From an uncultured virus (IMG/VR IMGVR_UViG_3300028833_000145) (lineage: Duplodnaviria > Heunggongvirae > Uroviricota > Caudoviricetes): a stretch of 64,000 nt of DNA. The stretch is taken from IMG/VR virus record IMGVR_UViG_3300028833_000145. The stretch is one strand, 5' to 3'. A model generated the notes under the pieces. The model ran no database searches, was not told where the DNA came from, and saw only the letters and a list, made by a program, of their open reading frames with translations. The position numbers and the translations under genes were made by a program. This document shows, one piece after another, positions 62,681-64,000 of the stretch. The number at the start of each line of letters is the position of its first letter. The stretch's first letter is position 1.

Positions 62681-64000
62681 ATGAACACACTATTTGCAAA
62701 GCACATACTTTCAGTTCCTACCATCTCTGGCAAGGAAGATTTCTTCATTGACTGCATCAAGAAGTGGTGCAAGATTGTAGGAATTCGAGTAGATCAAGAT
62801 GGCAAAGGAAACCTCTACTTGAGAAAAGGTGACTGTGATGGCAAGGATTGGGTTCCTTGTCTTTGCTCTCATCTTGACACTGTCCACAGAAAGTATCTTC
62901 CTTACATCCAGAGAAAAGAGCTTCTTCCAGTCCAGATTGATGGAGATCGTCTCTTCATCAATGGCATGGGAATTGGTGCTGACTGCAAAGCTGGTGTGGC
63001 AATCTGCCTCAGTGTCATGAGAAAAGTCAAGAGGTGCAAGTGTGCACTCTTTGTTGAGGAAGAGACCGGCATGCAGGGTTCCAGAGCTCTTGACAAGTCA
63101 TTCTTTGACAATGTCAGTTATGTTCTCTCTTGGGACTCTCCAGGTGGAAACCGTGCTACAAAGACTTCTTCTGGTGTTCCAATGTTCACTGATGAATTCT
63201 TCAAGATCATCGAGCCTATCTACAAAGGCCATGGTGTGACCAACTGGAAGCATGAGCCATTCACAGACACGGTGCAGATCGTCAAGCAGCTTGGAATCTG
63301 CTGTGTGAACTGCAAGAATGGTGGAGGAATGAATGCTCACACCGACAAAGAAGATGCTAGCATATCTGAGATGAATGACTCTGAGCAGCTCTGTTTGGAT
63401 GCATTAGACAAGATTCCTTGTGACAGGAAGTGGGAGATCAAGTATGAAGAGCCGAAGTGGGAGCCTTCTAAGTGGCACAACACGGGCAAGAGCTATGGCA
63501 GCAAGCTGAGCCATGAGCCGGATCTTGACAATGATGATGAAGACTTTGGAAGCTATGTAGATGAGCTCTTTGGACTAGATGGTGAAGACTCATGGGAGAA
63601 CCATGATGACACAGAGATGTGCCAGTTTGAGTTCACCTATGATGATGAAGATCAGTTCAAGTTGCACAAAGAGCTGTGTGAGCAAGAAGATTTGCCAGTT
63701 ACATTCACTGGATTCAGCGAAGTTCGTGGAACTGCTACAGCTGAAGGTGAGCTTCAAAGCATAAAAGATGCTTATGTCTTGTGGTATCAGATCTTCTATG
63801 ATGACCCATCAGTCAAGACTTGGGAGCGGCTTGAAGCTATGGATGACCTCACAGAGTTCAGTGATGGCATCATCTTTCTAGAGGGCTTAGAAGACATTGA
63901 GAGTGTAGATGATGTCCGACCAGAAGATCTTGATGATGATGAAGAGGATGAAAAAGAAGAAAAAGAGAAGAATCCTCAGCAGATGGACCTGTTTGACTGG
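62681..64000 (+). CDS. M20/M28-family zinc peptidase with acidic C-terminal extension; runs off the window
   Basis: SHLDTV, GADCKAG, EEETGMQGS, HTDKE; 440 codons with no stop and no TAG. Confidence 0.8.
   Translation, partial: MNTLFAKHILSVPTISGKEDFFIDCIKKWCKIVGIRVDQDGKGNLYLRKGDCDGKDWVPCLCSHLDTVHRKYLPYIQRKELLPVQIDGDRLFINGMGIGADCKAGVAICLSVMRKVKRCKCALFVEEETGMQGSRALDKSFFDNVSYVLSWDSPGGNRATKTSSGVPMFTDEFFKIIEPIYKGHGVTNWKHEPFTDTVQIVKQLGICCVNCKNGGGMNAHTDKEDASISEMNDSEQLCLDALDKIPCDRKWEIKYEEPKWEPSKWHNTGKSYGSKLSHEPDLDNDDEDFGSYVDELFGLDGEDSWENHDDTEMCQFEFTYDDEDQFKLHKELCEQEDLPVTFTGFSEVRGTATAEGELQSIKDAYVLWYQIFYDDPSVKTWERLEAMDDLTEFSDGIIFLEGLEDIESVDDVRPEDLDDDEEDEKEEKEKNPQQMDLFDW

Overview
64 kb segment of a large (jumbo-type) tailed bacteriophage genome. 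It uses an alternative genetic code in which TAG is read as Gln (code 15) in a subset of genes, so the supplied code-11 ORF track fragments or entirely misses many genes. Re-translation with TAG=Gln reconstructs: three large tail-fibre-like genes plus two partner genes (1-10.2 kb); a glycosylation cluster (DUF616-like GT, triple-GT2 protein, UDP-sugar dehydrogenase); a nucleotidyltransferase-SleB-LysM fusion; large virion-like proteins; a tandem ADP-ribosyltransferase-like protein; a Ser/Thr-kinase-like gene; and a STAS anti-anti-sigma factor. The right third is an array of small genes, most with their own TTGCCA-N17-TATAAT promoter and none with internal TAG. TAG-containing genes instead follow a GTAARTA late-promoter-like motif. 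The most striking element is a 92-nt tRNA gene (56362-56453, minus strand) with a tRNA-Gln acceptor stem and two tandem 17-nt anticodon stem-loops, one with CUA (amber) and one with CUG (Gln), preceded by TATAAATA. Together these suggest a temporally switched recoding system built around a dual-anticodon suppressor tRNA. All assignments are by eye from the sequence; no database searches were run.
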